Shown: positions 1-13,469 of the stretch, one piece after another
Numbering within the stretch: position 1 is the first letter of the stretch
How the letters are laid out: each line of letters starts with the position of its first letter
Assembly (NCBI GenBank): GCA_001643675.2
Contig: LSRY02000042.1
Coordinates: 805,252 to 869,251 of the forward strand
Length of the DNA: 64,000 nucleotides
Direction: 5' to 3'
Origin: Monocercomonoides exilis PA203
Taxonomy: Eukaryota > Protista > Preaxostyla
Translations under genes and position numbers: made by a program
The notes under the pieces: model-generated
Seen by the model: only the letters and a program-made list of their open reading frames with translations
Told to the model about the DNA's origin: nothing
The model's database searches: none

Positions 1-180
1 AAAAATATTTTGATCAAACTTCGTAAATTTTTATGATATCAAAAAAAAATCACCCATATGTTATTATCAAAAATTGATTGATATAACTTCTGCAACAACA
101 TTTCACAAATAAAAACAATGTGAACACTTTTTGTGAGTTGTTCACTTTTCAAACGAATCACGATAAATATCTAATGGTGT

Positions 181-534
181 GTGCATAAACCCGCACTTGT
201 GCAAAAACCCGCACACTTGACATTTTCTTTCGAAATACTCTTCCACATTCATATATGTGAAAGCTTTTTGCATTTTGATACCACCGGTAACTGATATATG
301 AACAATATTAAGTATTTCGAATGAAAAATCAAAAACAAAAATATTTGATCTAAAGATCAAAAAAGATCAAATATTTTTGTTTTTGATTTTTCATTCGAAA
401 TACTTAATATTGTTCATATATCAGTTACCGGTGGTATCAAAATGCAAAAAGCTTTCACATATATGAATGTGGAAGAGTATTTCGAAAGAAAATGTCAAGT
501 GTGCGGGTTTTTGCACAAGTGCGGGTTTATGCAC
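181..534. mobile_element. Palindromic foldback MITE (171-bp arms, 12-nt spacer)
   Basis: 181-351 is the reverse complement of 364-534. The ends carry the doubled AAACCCGCAC motif also seen in the elements at 4647 and 29345. No clean TSD. Confidence 0.8.
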
Positions 535-554
535 CCAACTATAATAAACATTGA

Positions 555-780
555 ATCGCTAAGAATTTTCAGTTTTTCAAAATTTTTGATAAAAACAATG
601 AAATGCGAAAAACAATCGAAAAAATAGTTAAAAACAAATAACATTTGCAATTATAAAACTTCATTGTGTGTGTTTCATAACCTTATAGTTAAAAATATAC
701 AAAGAAAGAAAGATAGTCCAAAATGGACAAAACAAATGATCAAAAATAAATTAAAAATTCCCAAGACCTTCATCAATTAC
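555..780 (+). repeat. Diverged fragment related to the internal/right arm of the 4647-5648 element
   Basis: Aligns by eye to ~5270-5490, e.g. gaaagatagtcc-aaa-ggacaaaacaa-tgatcaaaaataaattaaaaattcc. Confidence 0.65.
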
Positions 781-1399
781 AAAAATTGACAAGAAAAAAT
801 TTTTGTATGAACATTAAATAATTATTCAAACCTTATGCAATATGCATTTTCTATTTTTTGTTTTTATTTAGTGAGAAACTCCAATAAAAAAAAATGGTTC
901 AGATAATTAAAATCATCACGATGAAAAAATCCCCTGTACATTTTTTGTTTAGTATTTAAAGAACATGAATATACATGTATAAATAGGAAGAGAACTTCTT
1001 AAAGTGAGTGCGAGCTAGACAAGCATAGATCCAGTGATTATGTTTAGAACTATTCTGTTTGCACTTTCTTTTTTTGAAACTGAATATGTGAATATCATAT
1101 GGAAAATTTGATAAAGCATATCCAAGAGAGCATTAAAAAAAAGTTGAAAATAAATAAATAAATAAATAAATAAATAAAATAAACAATAACAATAAAAAAT
1201 GAAAATTTGAGATATAAAACGAAATTAAATTTATTATATTAAACATTAACATCATCGGCTGATAATTGAACTGAAAATCCAATAAACAATATCAATTGAA
1301 AAAAATGCAAATAACAATTTTCGATAAAGCAAAAAGTGAAAAAAAAAAAAATCGAAAAATTGAATGTCTGAGTTTCAGCGCACAAAGAATTTCATTTTC

Positions 1400-3008
1400 T
1401 TAAACATTCACAAAATAATCGACTATCCTAGTTGATATTAAAATTTCAAATTTCCATCTTAGATAATGAATTCTTTTATGAAAACTTACAATGATATCTT
1501 CATTTCCTTCTTCCTCCAACTTTTCAAATATTTTTCTTTTCAATTCTTTTCTTTTCTCTTCTTCCATTTTGATATCCTTCTCCACTTCTTCTATTTCATT
1601 ATCATCTTCATTTTTATTTCCATAAATCTCTTCTTCTTCCATTTTATCTTCATCTTCTTCTTCCATTTCATAAATCTTTTCTTCTTCTATTCTGTCATAT
1701 TGTTCTTCAATTCCATCATTCTCTTTAATTTCCATTTCATTTTCAATTTTTCCTTTCAATCTCAATGAAATCGTTTCAAAAAAGTATAAGCTTTCAAATA
1801 TCATCTTGTTTTCCAATGTTGGTCGTTGTATCTCTACCAAAATGAGGATAAAAGCTCTACTTTTTAAAATGTCTTCAATTTCTGTATCTGATCTGATCCA
1901 TATCAGTTTAAGTAAATTAATGCATTTCACGTGAATATATCCGTGTTTATCCTTTGCCGCTCGAAACATCTGAACAATGCAATTAAAAAGTCCGACAAAT
2001 TCTTCGTTCCGCAATTTGAACGAACAAAAATATTCCTCCAATGTTTTGAGCCATCTATTTAAAATAAGCACAACTTCAGTTTCTTTTTCTCTTTCTTCTT
2101 CTTTTTCTCTTCCAATCAATACGCTTTGAAAGCTCTTCTAGTTCCTTTGAACTGCATTTCGCAAGAGAGGTAATATACACGCCAACTTCTTCCAATTTTT
2201 CTTCTAAGAGCATCCTGTCTGTATAAAAGTCCCAAGCTGATTGATACGCAATGCAAGTGAGATTGTTGCGCACTTTATGATGATGTATTATCTCTTTGAT
2301 TTCATTCAAATACAGTTCTTCTGGCACTTTCTAATAAAAATTAGAAAAAGGAAATATAATAACTTCAAAAACGAAATAGATATGTTCACACATAATATTT
2401 TCTAATGCAACTCAAAGCCAACAAAGCCATTTCCACTTCTTTCTGAGTCTCCTTGTTTTCTTCTTTCCTTAACGCAACTTTCAAAAGGCAAGGCACGCTA
2501 ATTGAAAGCAATTTCGAAGAAGTCATGAGCCGTATAGCATTAGATAGCATTCGCAAACATCAGCCAGCAGTTTTTCGACCTTTTTATTTTTTTTCCGTTC
2601 TTTGATAATCATCTTCTTAAATCTTTTGCCCAACAAAGATCGGAAAAAATAAACAACATGTTCATTTTTCACAGCACTGCGATATCCCATGTGTTTCAAA
2701 AGAAAAAGTTGATTTTTCAAAGACATTATCTTTTCTTCAATCATGTTGTGCATTTTTCCAAACATTTTTTTAGAGAAAAACATTTCGAATGTGTTTTTAC
2801 TCATTTCATCAATCAATTCGTTCGTTTTTTCGATTTTTTTGTTTGTTCTTCCTCATTGCTATGTTCAAGTTCTGAAAACAATTCTTAAATGAAAAAAGAA
2901 AGAAAGAAAGAAAGAAATATGATCATCATGAATTTAAGTGTAATAAAAGCGAGCCCATGAACTTTTTTGTGTTGTTCGTCTCCTGTATCTTTAGCTATCG
3001 GATTGCAT
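1400..3008 (-). pseudogene. Subtelomeric helical-protein family, copy 1 (disrupted)
   Basis: Family motifs ELYLNEIKEII..HH.NLT.AYQSAW, KLLADVCECY and FEKLEEEG.ED..DYFVNV are split over ORFs 2523-2816, 2076-2327 and 1400-2119 by frameshifts/stops. The start position is approximate. Confidence 0.75.
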
Positions 3009-3239
3009 TCAGAAAACAAACCATTTGACATTCAAATGACAAACAAAACCACAACAAGATTGTTAAAAATAAGTAAAATTAAAACTCGAAATAGCTCTTA
3101 TAAATATAAGTGTTCGCACCATTCTTCTTTTCATTTGCATTTTCGACAATCAACTGCAAAGAAAGTGAGTGATAAAAATATACAATTTTGTTATAATGTA
3201 TTCAATGATCAAAATTATTTCTTTGAACTGAAGAATAAA

Positions 3240-4090
3240 TTAGAAAAATGAGAATTCCATGAGTGAGCATTTACTGCAGATTAAATAACGTTAATTTCTA
3301 AGTTCACATGTATCGCTGGAAAAACAATGCCAATGATGAAACTTCGATAAATAATTTATGAAATTGGATGGTCAAGGGGAATACAATAATTTCATCAATA
3401 ACAAAAAAGACGTAATGTACGCATTTTTTTTTGTTCTACATGTTGTGAAGATATTTCCGTCTGTATCCTTTCCAATTCTCAGGAATATGAGTTATTGTTG
3501 AAATGGCCAATCTCCGCTTTGTGGAGCAATACGATGAGAACGGAGCAGATTATTATATAGCAATTGGGAAATAAATGAAGTTACGGAAGATACATGATTT
3601 TTATTTGGAACAAGAGGTGAGAACAAATTCGACTGTTATTTTGTTGAATGAAGATAACAAAAAGGAATTCTGTGAAGGACAAAATCTGCACAAAATTATA
3701 TAGAATTTAGTAACATAAGGCAATGGAGAAGATTTTTGGACAAGGAAAGTGGCTGACAATACCGAGGGAAGGATATTAATCACAAAAACAAGCAAGAATT
3801 CAATGGAAAAAAGGAGAGAACCAAAATATCAGTTTTATTTATAAGGTTTTCCTGTTTCTTGGACTGCAAAAGGAAGACATGGAAAGCTGCGAAATTCTAT
3901 TTCTGATTCCTCTTTTGTTTCAAAAGAAAGGAGAAATACCATCAAACAGACATCCAATTATCGAGTGCTTTTTGACAATCGAACAACATTCTGCCCAATT
4001 GCATCTGGATTTCATTCTTCGAAGGGACATCCATTTTGAGCAAGCAAGATGATTATTTTTCGAGGTTTGCTTTCTTCGGTCCCACAGCCA
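3240..4090. repeat. ~850-bp segmental repeat, copy A (copy B at ~37380-38245)
   Basis: Long near-identical runs shared with 37620-38150, e.g. ggagcagattattatatag...aaggacaaaatctgcacaaaattatatag and ataaggttttcctgtttcttggactgc...gaacaacattc. Both copies lie upstream of a minus-strand family gene. Confidence 0.85.
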
Positions 4091-4646
4091 ATGAGAGAGA
4101 ATTTTATGGTTTTCGTTTTCTTCGTTAGTTTTTCAACAAAGCTGTTGTTTCGCTCAGCTTCTATGTCAGTGCATGACCCATTGAATTTTGTTCATTAAAC
4201 ATCGATGAATGAATGCCAACCTTTTCATCCATCTTCCTCTTAGTCGTTGAAGCACAGCCAACTAATTCTCTTCATTTTCATCAGTGATCATCCTCACATT
4301 CAGCAACCTGGTTGACATTTGATGCCTTTCAATCACACAAGCCAAAGAGCGATGTCCTTCAAGCACAGAAAGATGAATATTTCTTTCTTCTTCAAAAACT
4401 ACATTTCGTTTGCTTCAATTATCAAATCATCACCCTCTTCACCTTCTTCCTCCTCCTCTTTCTCCTTCTCTTCCTCATCCTCATCCTTTTCCTCTTCCTA
4501 TTCTTTGTGATTCTTTTTCAAATTCTTCCTCTTCCTGTTTTTCATTATCATCTTCTTGTCATTTCAGAAAAACTCATTCATACAGAAAGAAAAACCCCCA
4601 AAGAAACCCTGTCAAATCAAAACAGAAAAATAGAAAATAAAGTCTA

Positions 4647-5648
4647 GGGTGATTTATAAACCCGAACATTTTCATAAACCCGGTTATTTTTTTTTGTTCG
4701 TTGAAACAGAATGAATACAACATAAAAATATAAAAAGCAAACTTTTATATGTTTATTTTGCTATTTTATGACAGTACAAGAATTTTTATGTTTCAATTTA
4801 AGATTTTGATGAAGATCAAAGGAATTTTTAATTTATTTTTGATCAATTGTTTTGCTCATTTTTAACCAACTCTCTTTTTCTGTCAATTTTTACGTATAAT
4901 GCCACAAAACATACATAACGAAGTTTTATTGTTTCAAATATTTTTTGTTTTTTCCAATTTTTTCGATTGTTTTTCACATTTCATCGTTTTTGACAAAAAA
5001 TATGAAAAAATGAAAATTTACGAGCTTATTTTTTATTTAGAGAATTATTCATTACTATGTCATGTAAATAAGATAATAATGCATTTGTATTCTTAATTAT
5101 TAGTCATTTTAAATAAAATTGAAAACAAAATTAGTATTTTTATCATTTTCAATATTTGATGTGTGTAATGAAAACAACAACATTTCACAAATTTTTAACC
5201 CGGTATATGCTTTATGCAAACCTTTTTCTTTTCATGCACATCATTTTTAATAAGTAAAAAATATCTTACAGCTCATAATTTTCATATTTTCACACTTTTT
5301 GTCAAAAATGATGAAATGTGAAAAACAATAGAAAAAATAGATAAAAACATAGAACATTAGGAATTATTAAAGGTCAATATGTATGTTTTATGACATTATA
5401 CATAAAAATTGACAGAAAAAGAAAGATAGTCCGAAACGGACAAAACAATTGATCAAAAATAAATTAAAAATTCCTTTGATCTTCATCAAAATCTTAAATT
5501 GAAACATAAAAATTCTTGTACTGTCATAAAATAGCAAAATAAACATATAAAAGTTTGCTTTTTATATTTTTATGTTGTATTCATTCTGTTTCAACGAACA
5601 AAAAAAAATAACCGGGTTTATGAAAATGTTCGGGTTTATAAATCACCC
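4647..5648. mobile_element. Non-autonomous long-TIR (foldback) DNA transposon with TA TSD
   Basis: GGGTGATTTATAAACCCG...CGGGTTTATAAATCACCC with TA on both sides (4645-46, 5649-50). TIRs of ~208 bp (4647-4854 / 5441-5648), with degenerate symmetry continuing to ~5025/5270. No coding capacity. Confidence 0.9.
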
Positions 5649-6108
5649 TATATTGATTTGCGTTCGGCTTGTTGATGAGAACGTATCTTCATATTTGCGA
5701 ATTCCTTCGCTTTTTCATTCAACTTGCTTGGATTTGAAGAGGTCGGTGGAAAATGCAGCAAAAATACGTTCAGATGAACAAAAGAACAAAAAAGTGAAAG
5801 AAAATTCGTTATTATCGATGAATTAATTCAGAATTGCTTAATTTACAAAATTATTCTTATCGCTTCTTTCTTTTTGGGAAGGCTTTTGAAGAAGAAAAGA
5901 AAGACATTGTCTAAATATCAAATCTTTTTTGTTTTTTTTTGTTTCTTCATTTCATTTTGAAAAAGAAGTGGGAAAAACAATTTATAAATGATTTTTATTT
6001 AATTTCATTTCATTTTGAATTATCTCTGGCATATGTGAAATGATGAAAAAAATTGAAAAATAGAAAATTTGAGAAACAAAGCCAAATGAAAAGAATTTGG
6101 CTTAACAT

Positions 6109-7577
6109 TCACAAAATAATCTGAAATATCCGCGGTAAATCATCATGGAAAATTTTGTTGAGAAAGTCTATTAGTTCATGAAAGCTTGTGATTATATCTT
6201 CGCATCCTTCTTCTTCCATCTTTTCAGACATCTTTCTTTTCAATTCTTTTCTTTTTCTTTTGTTCATTTCATCATCTTCCTTTTCTTTCAATCTTTCTGA
6301 AATATTCATGAAAAATTTCAAGCAATCAAATAGAACATATTCATTCAACATTGGTTGCTGCATCCCCTCCAAAACGGCATCAATAGCTCCGCCATTCAGC
6401 AAGTCTTCAATTTTTATTTCTCCATTTTCTGCTGCATTTCTCAAGGAAAAAATGCACCAGTAGCTAATTTCCCTGTGATTATCCTTTGCTGCTCGAAATA
6501 ACTGAACAAGGCTGTTGATAAGTCCAACATATCCTTCTTTCCACATTGTGAAATCGAGAAAATAAATCTCAAGAGTTTCAATCCATCTCAATATAATAAG
6601 CTCTTCTTTCGTATCTTTTCCTCTTCTTTCCTCTTCTTTCTTTCTCTTCCAATTCACGCACTTTGTCAACTTTTCCAATTCTCTTGCTGACTTTCTTTCA
6701 AAATGCAGTTCATTCAACATCTCTCCATCTAAGCTTTCGTCAGTGTTCAATCTGTTAATCAAAAAACCCCAAGCAGACTGATAGGCAAGATGAGTAAGGT
6801 TGTGATGCTCTTGATGATATTTGATGATTTCTGTTACCTCATTTAGATACAGTTCTTTATCCAATAGCTAATAAAAACAAAACAAAACAAATAATATTTT
6901 TATATCAAAAACGGAAATTGAAATGTTCAAACAACAAATTCGTTAAAATTACTTAAAGCCAACAATGCTATTTCCACTTCCTTCTGAGCCTTCTCGCTTT
7001 CCTCTTTCTTCAATGCAGCTTTCAGGAGACAAGGCACGCAAATTGAAAGAAATTCCAAAGACGATTCGTTGTCAAGCAAAAAACAGCATTCACAAAGATC
7101 AACCAGCAACCTTTCATCCTTATCTTCTATCTTTTCATTTTCATTTATAATCATTTTCTCAAATCTTTTGCATAACAAAGATTTCCCAAATCCATTAAAA
7201 AAATTCTTTTCAGCACTTTGAAATATCCAAGGTGTTTCAGTAAATGAAAAGCATTTTCAATTTTCATTTTCCCTTCTTTAATCATTTCGTTTATTTTGTC
7301 GAACAGTTCTTTGCTGAAAACATTTTCAAATTCTTCTTCCTCCATTTCATCAATAAATTCTTTCATTTCGAAAATTTTCTGTTTCTGCTCTGCTTCAGTG
7401 AATTGTTCCAGCTGTGAAAGTTTCTCTAAAAAAAAGTGAAAAATCAAAAGAGAAAAATGAAGCATTTATTAATTTAACCATTCATTTCTTATAACACTTT
7501 GCAAACCAAAAAATATTTGCTTTTTTGAAGGTGACTGTGAAATCGCAAAATGTTTTCAAAACAACAAATAAATTCAT
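6109..7577 (-). CDS. Subtelomeric helical-protein family, copy 2 (frameshifts; pseudogene or read error)
   Basis: ORFs 7151-7465, 6927-7178 and 6109-6864 carry the family motifs. There is a frameshift in an A-run near 7200 and an indel just before the terminal DYFVNV. The start is approximate. Confidence 0.7.
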
Positions 7578-8099
7578 TTTCGAAATATTTGTGGAGCAAT
7601 TGAATCAAAAGAATTAAAAACACCAAGTCAAATATCTAATAAAAAAGGATTCCAAACCTCTTTTGGCATCAATGATTTTTGCTTCAAAGCAAGAAAATCA
7701 ATGAAACAAAATAATCTCCTTTTTGAATAAATAAATAAGGGAAAGCAACCTTTAATTTTATCAGTGAAGATTTTTGATTGATAAATTGCAGCAGCCAGAG
7801 CATGTTTGAGCTGCTTATGTGCATGATCACAGATGCACCCATGCGAGATATGGCACTGCAGAAGAACAGGGATTTTGTTAACGGATGGAGGAGCGAGTGG
7901 CTGTTTGCATCGATTGTTTGAGAAAATTGATTTTGTGAGAAAACCAGCATGAAATATGAACCAAGTTATATGTTGCAAATCATATGGTGCAACATCGACT
8001 GTGATATTTTGATGAAAAATAACTCAAGCAAGATGCAGAAAAAACGAGGAGAATATCAGAAAGATTGAATTGAACCGCCTTGTCATTTCAGGGAAATGA

Positions 8100-9028
8100 T
8101 GTGTACTTGGCATATCATTTGAGCATGACTTGCTTTATATGGTTTTTTGGTCGAAGGTTTGTTTTGTGGAAAAGGAAAGGGAATTGAAGGGTTGGACAAT
8201 GGAGGAAGCGAACAGAATGAAGCACTCAGCAGGCCTTAACAACAAACGCATTGCCATTTCCGCGAAACCCGTTGGAAAGCTGTCAGCGAAGATTTTCCGT
8301 TGAACAAGTCTTCGAAAATGAGAGCATTTTTTGTTAATTTGGGGAATATGTGTTTTCATCTGATATCACAGCCAACTTCACAATGGAATTACTGCGTTCG
8401 ATGATGTTCTTTGCCAGTCATACATTGTCCAGTTATCTGTTTTTTAATGTTACAAGAGGCAATTTTGAAGAACAAGAAAGCCAGTGGGGTTAATATTACC
8501 AATCCAGTGGAGATGAGAAAATATTTCGATCCAAAAAGATGGTTTGACTTTTTTTGTTTCATTCATGTTTCTTTTAAGATGTTCTTTGAATGAAAACAGA
8601 TTGGCCACGAACAGGAATACCACAAAGAGAGAGAAGTCATTTCATCCTTTTTCAAAAGATTCAGAAGTTTTGAGATTATCCTTGTTTGGATTGCATTCAA
8701 CAATGATTTTCGTGACTTCTGCCATCTGTTTTGTATGTTGCATAACATGAAAATGATTTGACATGAGCCTGAAAGAGAGAGAGAAAGAAGATTTGCTTGG
8801 GTTATTTGTTGAGAGTGTTTGACAGAAGCGACTCTTTTGTTGAAGCTGATAAGCTGCATGAGCATTCTCGTTCAGTATACATTCAATTTTTTCTATCTCC
8901 CAACTTGACTTGGAAAAGCTGATATCTTCTATTTTTCTTCACCTTCTTCTTCACCTTCTTCTTCTTCTTCTCCCAATCTGATTGTGGATTCATCATACTC
9001 AATAGGCAATAATTCTTCTTCTTCTGCC

Positions 9029-9063
<35 letters not shown>

Positions 9064-9127
9064 TTCTTCTTCTTCTTCTTCTTCTTCTTCTTCATTGTCA
9101 TCATCACCTTCTTCTTCTTCTTCTTCT

Positions 9128-9162
<35 letters not shown>

Positions 9163-11130
9163 TTCCTCTTCCTCTTCCTCTTCCTCTTCCTCTTCCTCTT
9201 CCTCTTCTTCTTCTTCTTCTCTTGCCTCTTTCATTCATCCTTCTCCTCCTTCTCCTCCTTCTCCTCCTTCTCCTCCTTCTCCTCCTTCTCCTCCTTCTCC
9301 TCCTTCTCCTCCTTCTCCTCCTTCTCCTCCTTCTCCTCCTTATCCTCCTTCTCCTTTTCCTTCTTCCTTCTCCTTCGTTCCCTTCTTTCGCCTTTCTTCT
9401 GCTCCTTCTTATTTCTTATTTTCCTTTTATTCTCTTTTGCATCTTCTTCATCCAATCCAAAATTTCTTTCATTTACTTCTTCTTCTCCTTCTGTTTCTTT
9501 TTCTTTTTCCTCTTTCTTTTCCTCTTCCTCTTCTTATCACTCCACACAAATCAAACAATATTTTCCATCTGCTTCTTCAACGGTTATGTATTGTTCCTTG
9601 TTTATTGCAAAACCATTTGCCTTCATTTGCACCTTTTCCGCATCTTTCCACACCCATCTGCACTTCCATCTGAAGTTATGCCCAAAGACATATCTGCTGC
9701 TTCTTCTTCTACTCTCCTGTTCTCCCGTCGGATGCCATCAGATGAAGAAGAACTGCACACTTCGGATTCCACAGAATGCAACTTGTCTGCACCCACTTCA
9801 GCATCAGTCTTCACAAACCTCAGCCCACTCAGCCCAAGCGCCTCCACAACCAGCGGAGCTATTGCACTTACCAACTTCCCCTGGTTCTCTATGATTCTCT
9901 CCACAAACTCCCTGTGCGCTGTCAGAAACTCGCCTTTCTCCTCATTCTTATCACCTCCCTCTTTACCTCTCCTTTCTCCTTCCTCTCCCTCTTCCCGCTC
10001 CTCCAGCACCGCCGCGCAATCGCCGCAGGCGACAGAACCACATCCTCCATTCTCAGCCAAACCGCCTCCAGCCCCTTCTCCACAATCTCCCCTTCTTCTC
10101 ACACTTCATCCTCTCTCTCCATCACTTCCTCGTCCAGCTTCACCACCACACGCCTCGACTGTTGCGATCACCATATTTGCAGTGAAGGGTCAAACAGATC
10201 GTAGATCGACGGGAACGCATTCATACAGCCGACACAAAATTCTGCTTTCCCTCTGGCTTCGTGCCAACTTATACTGCATGCGACGGAAGCGGAACCACCA
10301 GCGAAACCGAAAGCATCGCTGAAAGAGCCACATCATATGCACACAACACCCCCATAAAGCAACCCCCGCTGCGCCACAACATATCCCCGCAGCAGCTGCT
10401 GCGACAGCTGCATGTGCCGTGCTTGCACCACAGCTGCCTCAAGCACCACAATCCGCATCCACCTCTCGATGCTGCCCATCATTGATGAAGACGTGTATGA
10501 CGCCTCTCCCGCTGACGCATCCGAAGGTTCGATCACAGGCGATGTTGACAATGAATACAACTTATCCATTGATGCTTTCTTCTCAAACTTTCTCAAGGAT
10601 AGGGAAAATGGAGCTGTTCGGAGCGCAGACTTAGTTTAAGAAGCTGAAAATGAATAAATAAAAGAAATGGAAGAGAAAGAATTGAAGAAGAAACAGATGA
10701 TGGTATTAATGATATTTGAATTGAATGAGATGATTGAAGGAAGAAATTAACGAAAAAGATAAATGTTTATTGAAAACAGACAGTTTTGTTGAAAATCTTT
10801 TTTTTAGGCTTTTGCATTTTCATTCTGTGCCTTTTTCCACTGGGCAGTAGCCTCAAAATCCCTTTCTCTTTCAACTCAATCCTCTTCATCTTTCCAACAA
10901 AAAATAAGAGAACGTGCGTCAATTCATCTTTTCTTTTTCTCTCTTTCCACATTTCCAGCCTTCAATTCCCTTTTTTCACAAAGATCTTCTTTCCTCAAAA
11001 TTGTTCAATATCATGGCCCAATGTCAGTCATCTTTGAAATATCTTGACTTTCATCTGTCAGTCTTAATTTTTCCTTCCCTGCTTTTCTTTTTCTTCTTCA
11101 AATATATCTTATCCCTGGCTCTTTCAACAG
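8100..11130 (-). pseudogene. Decayed gene of unknown function with a GC-richer middle and Glu/Lys/Asp-rich microsatellite stretches
   Basis: Protein-like fragments in several minus-strand frames (10333-10596, 9623-10102, 9231-9455, 8929-9234) interrupted by stops. No domain recognised. Confidence 0.4.
9014..9355. repeat. Compound microsatellite: (TCT)n/(TCA)n/(TCCTCT)n followed by ~12 copies of TCCTTCTCC
   Basis: Direct reading. It explains the poly-S/E/L ORFs in several frames. Confidence 0.95.
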
Positions 11131-11134
11131 CCTG

Positions 11135-11190
<56 letters not shown>
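11135..11190. repeat. Poly(A) tract, 56 nt
   Basis: Direct reading. Confidence 0.95.
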
Positions 11191-11192
<2 letters not shown>

Positions 11193-11428
11193 ATATCTTT
11201 CAAATAATATGTTGGTTATGATCAAAAAAATAAAGGCTTTTCCTTTTTTGCTTTCACGAGCTTATCCTTGAGGCTTCTTCGCAATATCTTTTTCATTTCT
11301 TTTTATTAAGCAAAAATTAAATCGTTTGTATGAGAACTTTTTGTTTTGCTCGATCATCATCAATTCTTGCATATCATTTTTATTTTTTGAGATAAAAACA
11401 ATTTTGAACAAAAAGAGAATATTAATTT

Positions 11429-12887
11429 ATGAAACGAATGAAAACATCTTGCGACGATGAGATAGATCGAAGAAACAAAGAGATGCCTTTGAATGAAAAG
11501 TTTGCAAGTATGCTCATTTATTTGGATTGAACAATTTTGAACAAATTTTTGAATTTTTGAATGCCTTTTGAAGAATTGCTTTGTGAGCTTGAGCATTGCT
11601 CAACAGATGAGCAAAGACAGAAAATTGAAGAAATGAATGAACAAATGGAAGAGATGGGTGAAGAAGAATTCAAGTCTGTTTTCACGACAGAGCTGTTTGA
11701 TTCATTGAACAAAATGATTGAAGAAAAGACGTTATCATGGAGAAACGCAATTTTGTTGGTGAAACATGTTGGATATTGCCAAACGCTGAAATGCTTTTAT
11801 GATTTTGCATTTAAAGATTCTTTTTTGAGCAATCGATTTCAGGAAATGATCATTGAAGAAAAGATGATGATAGAAGAAAAGGATGAAAAGCTTCTGGTTG
11901 ATCTCTGCGAATGCTATTTGTTGTTGAATGGATGGCCTTCATCTGAAATGTCTTCAATAATTGTACCTTGCCTTCTGAAAGTTGCCTTGAAGAGAGAAGA
12001 AAATGAGGAATCACAAAAAGAAGTGGAAATGGCTTTATTGGCTTTGGGCAATATTGAATTTTATGTATGTTTATTTCTATTTCCTTTTTGATGTTATTTG
12101 CTATTTTTTTAATTCTGATTAGAATGTGCTAAAAGAACTGTATTTGAACGAGATTACGGAAATCATCGAATATCATCAGAAGCATCACAATCTGACACAA
12201 CTTGCCTATCAGTCTGCTTGGCAGTTTTTGACAGGTAGATTATACTTTGATCATAGTCTTGAACATGCTATTGTGAATGAGGTGCATTTCGAAAGAGAGG
12301 CAATAAGAGAACTGGAAGAGCTGGCAAAGTGGATGAATTGGAAGAAGAAAGAAGAGGAAATGAGCAAAAAAGAAGCGAATGAAGTGAATATAATAAAGAG
12401 ATGGCTTCAAGCATTGGGGATTTTCTTTCGCCTTTTCCGATTATGGAATGAAGAAATTGCTGAGCTTATAGGCAGCATTGCTCATGTGTATCGAGCAGCA
12501 AGAGAAAATAACAAAGAAATTAGCTACTGGTGCATTTTTTCCTTGAGAAATGCAGCAGAAAATGGAGAAATAAAAATTGAAGACTTGCTGAATGGCGGAG
12601 CTATTGAAGTCGTTTTGGAGGAGATTCATCGCTATACATTGAATAAAAATATTAAATGTCATAGCTTGGACTTCTTTTTGAGTGCTTCGGTGCGATTAAA
12701 TAAAAAGATGGATAGTGAAGCAGACAAACCAGAAAGAAAAATGACGAAAAAGAAAGTGTTTGAAAAGCTGGAAGAAGAAGGATACGAAGATACCATCACA
12801 AGCTTTCATGAATTATTTGGTTTTTTTAGCACGCAATTTTATTATCAACTATCGTTGAATATTTCTGATTATTTTGTTAATGTTTGA
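11429..12887 (+). CDS. Subtelomeric helical-protein family, copy 3 (intact, 3 exons, ~444 aa)
   Basis: Exons 11429-11507, 11574-12064 and 12123-12887; GT-AG introns 11508-11573 and 12065-12122. The joined length of 1335 nt is in frame and ends DYFVNV-TGA. Confidence 0.85.
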
Positions 12888-13469
12888 GAAAATGAGATGT
12901 TATTTATTTTGCAACTCAAATGTATTTTAATATTTTTTCATCATTTCGCAAAAGGGAATACTATCCTTTGAAGAACTTTTTGAGGAATTTTTCAACAGAG
13001 AATTCTGCAAAAGGGAATGAAACGACCGTTAATAATTTGAAAAAGGATTGACTTTTGTTTGAAAAATAAGTCGGAGGGATCAAATATTTGAACAATATGA
13101 ATAAGGAATTTTTATAAATTCGTTATTCTTTTTTTCAGAAACATTTTATTTCGAGACGAAACGACAGATTTTCATTTTCATCCTGAAAAAGCAATAAATC
13201 ATGAAAAAAAATTGCTTTTAAATTTGTCTTTAAAAAATGGATAAATGAACTTCACAGCTTTTTTGTTAATTTTTTCTTTTTGAGATATGAGAAAATTTAA
13301 TAACGAGAAACGAACAAACAATATATATACATATCTTTAATACGTTGAAAATAATATTCGGTTGTTTTCTATTTTTGATGAAATGTTGAAAAAAGAAAAA
13401 TAAAAATTTTGTGTTTCAAAATACAAAGCTTTTCGTTTCATCAATCCTTGAAAAGAAGGTGTGAAATAT

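Noticed and set aside
142-627. Mirror ORFs with CQVCGFLHKCGFMH (zinc-finger-like)
   Set aside because: By-product of the palindromic MITE arms.
3300-4090. Segmental repeat as an IS-like transposase remnant
   Set aside because: Translations are full of stops with no convincing catalytic motif; kept only as a repeat.
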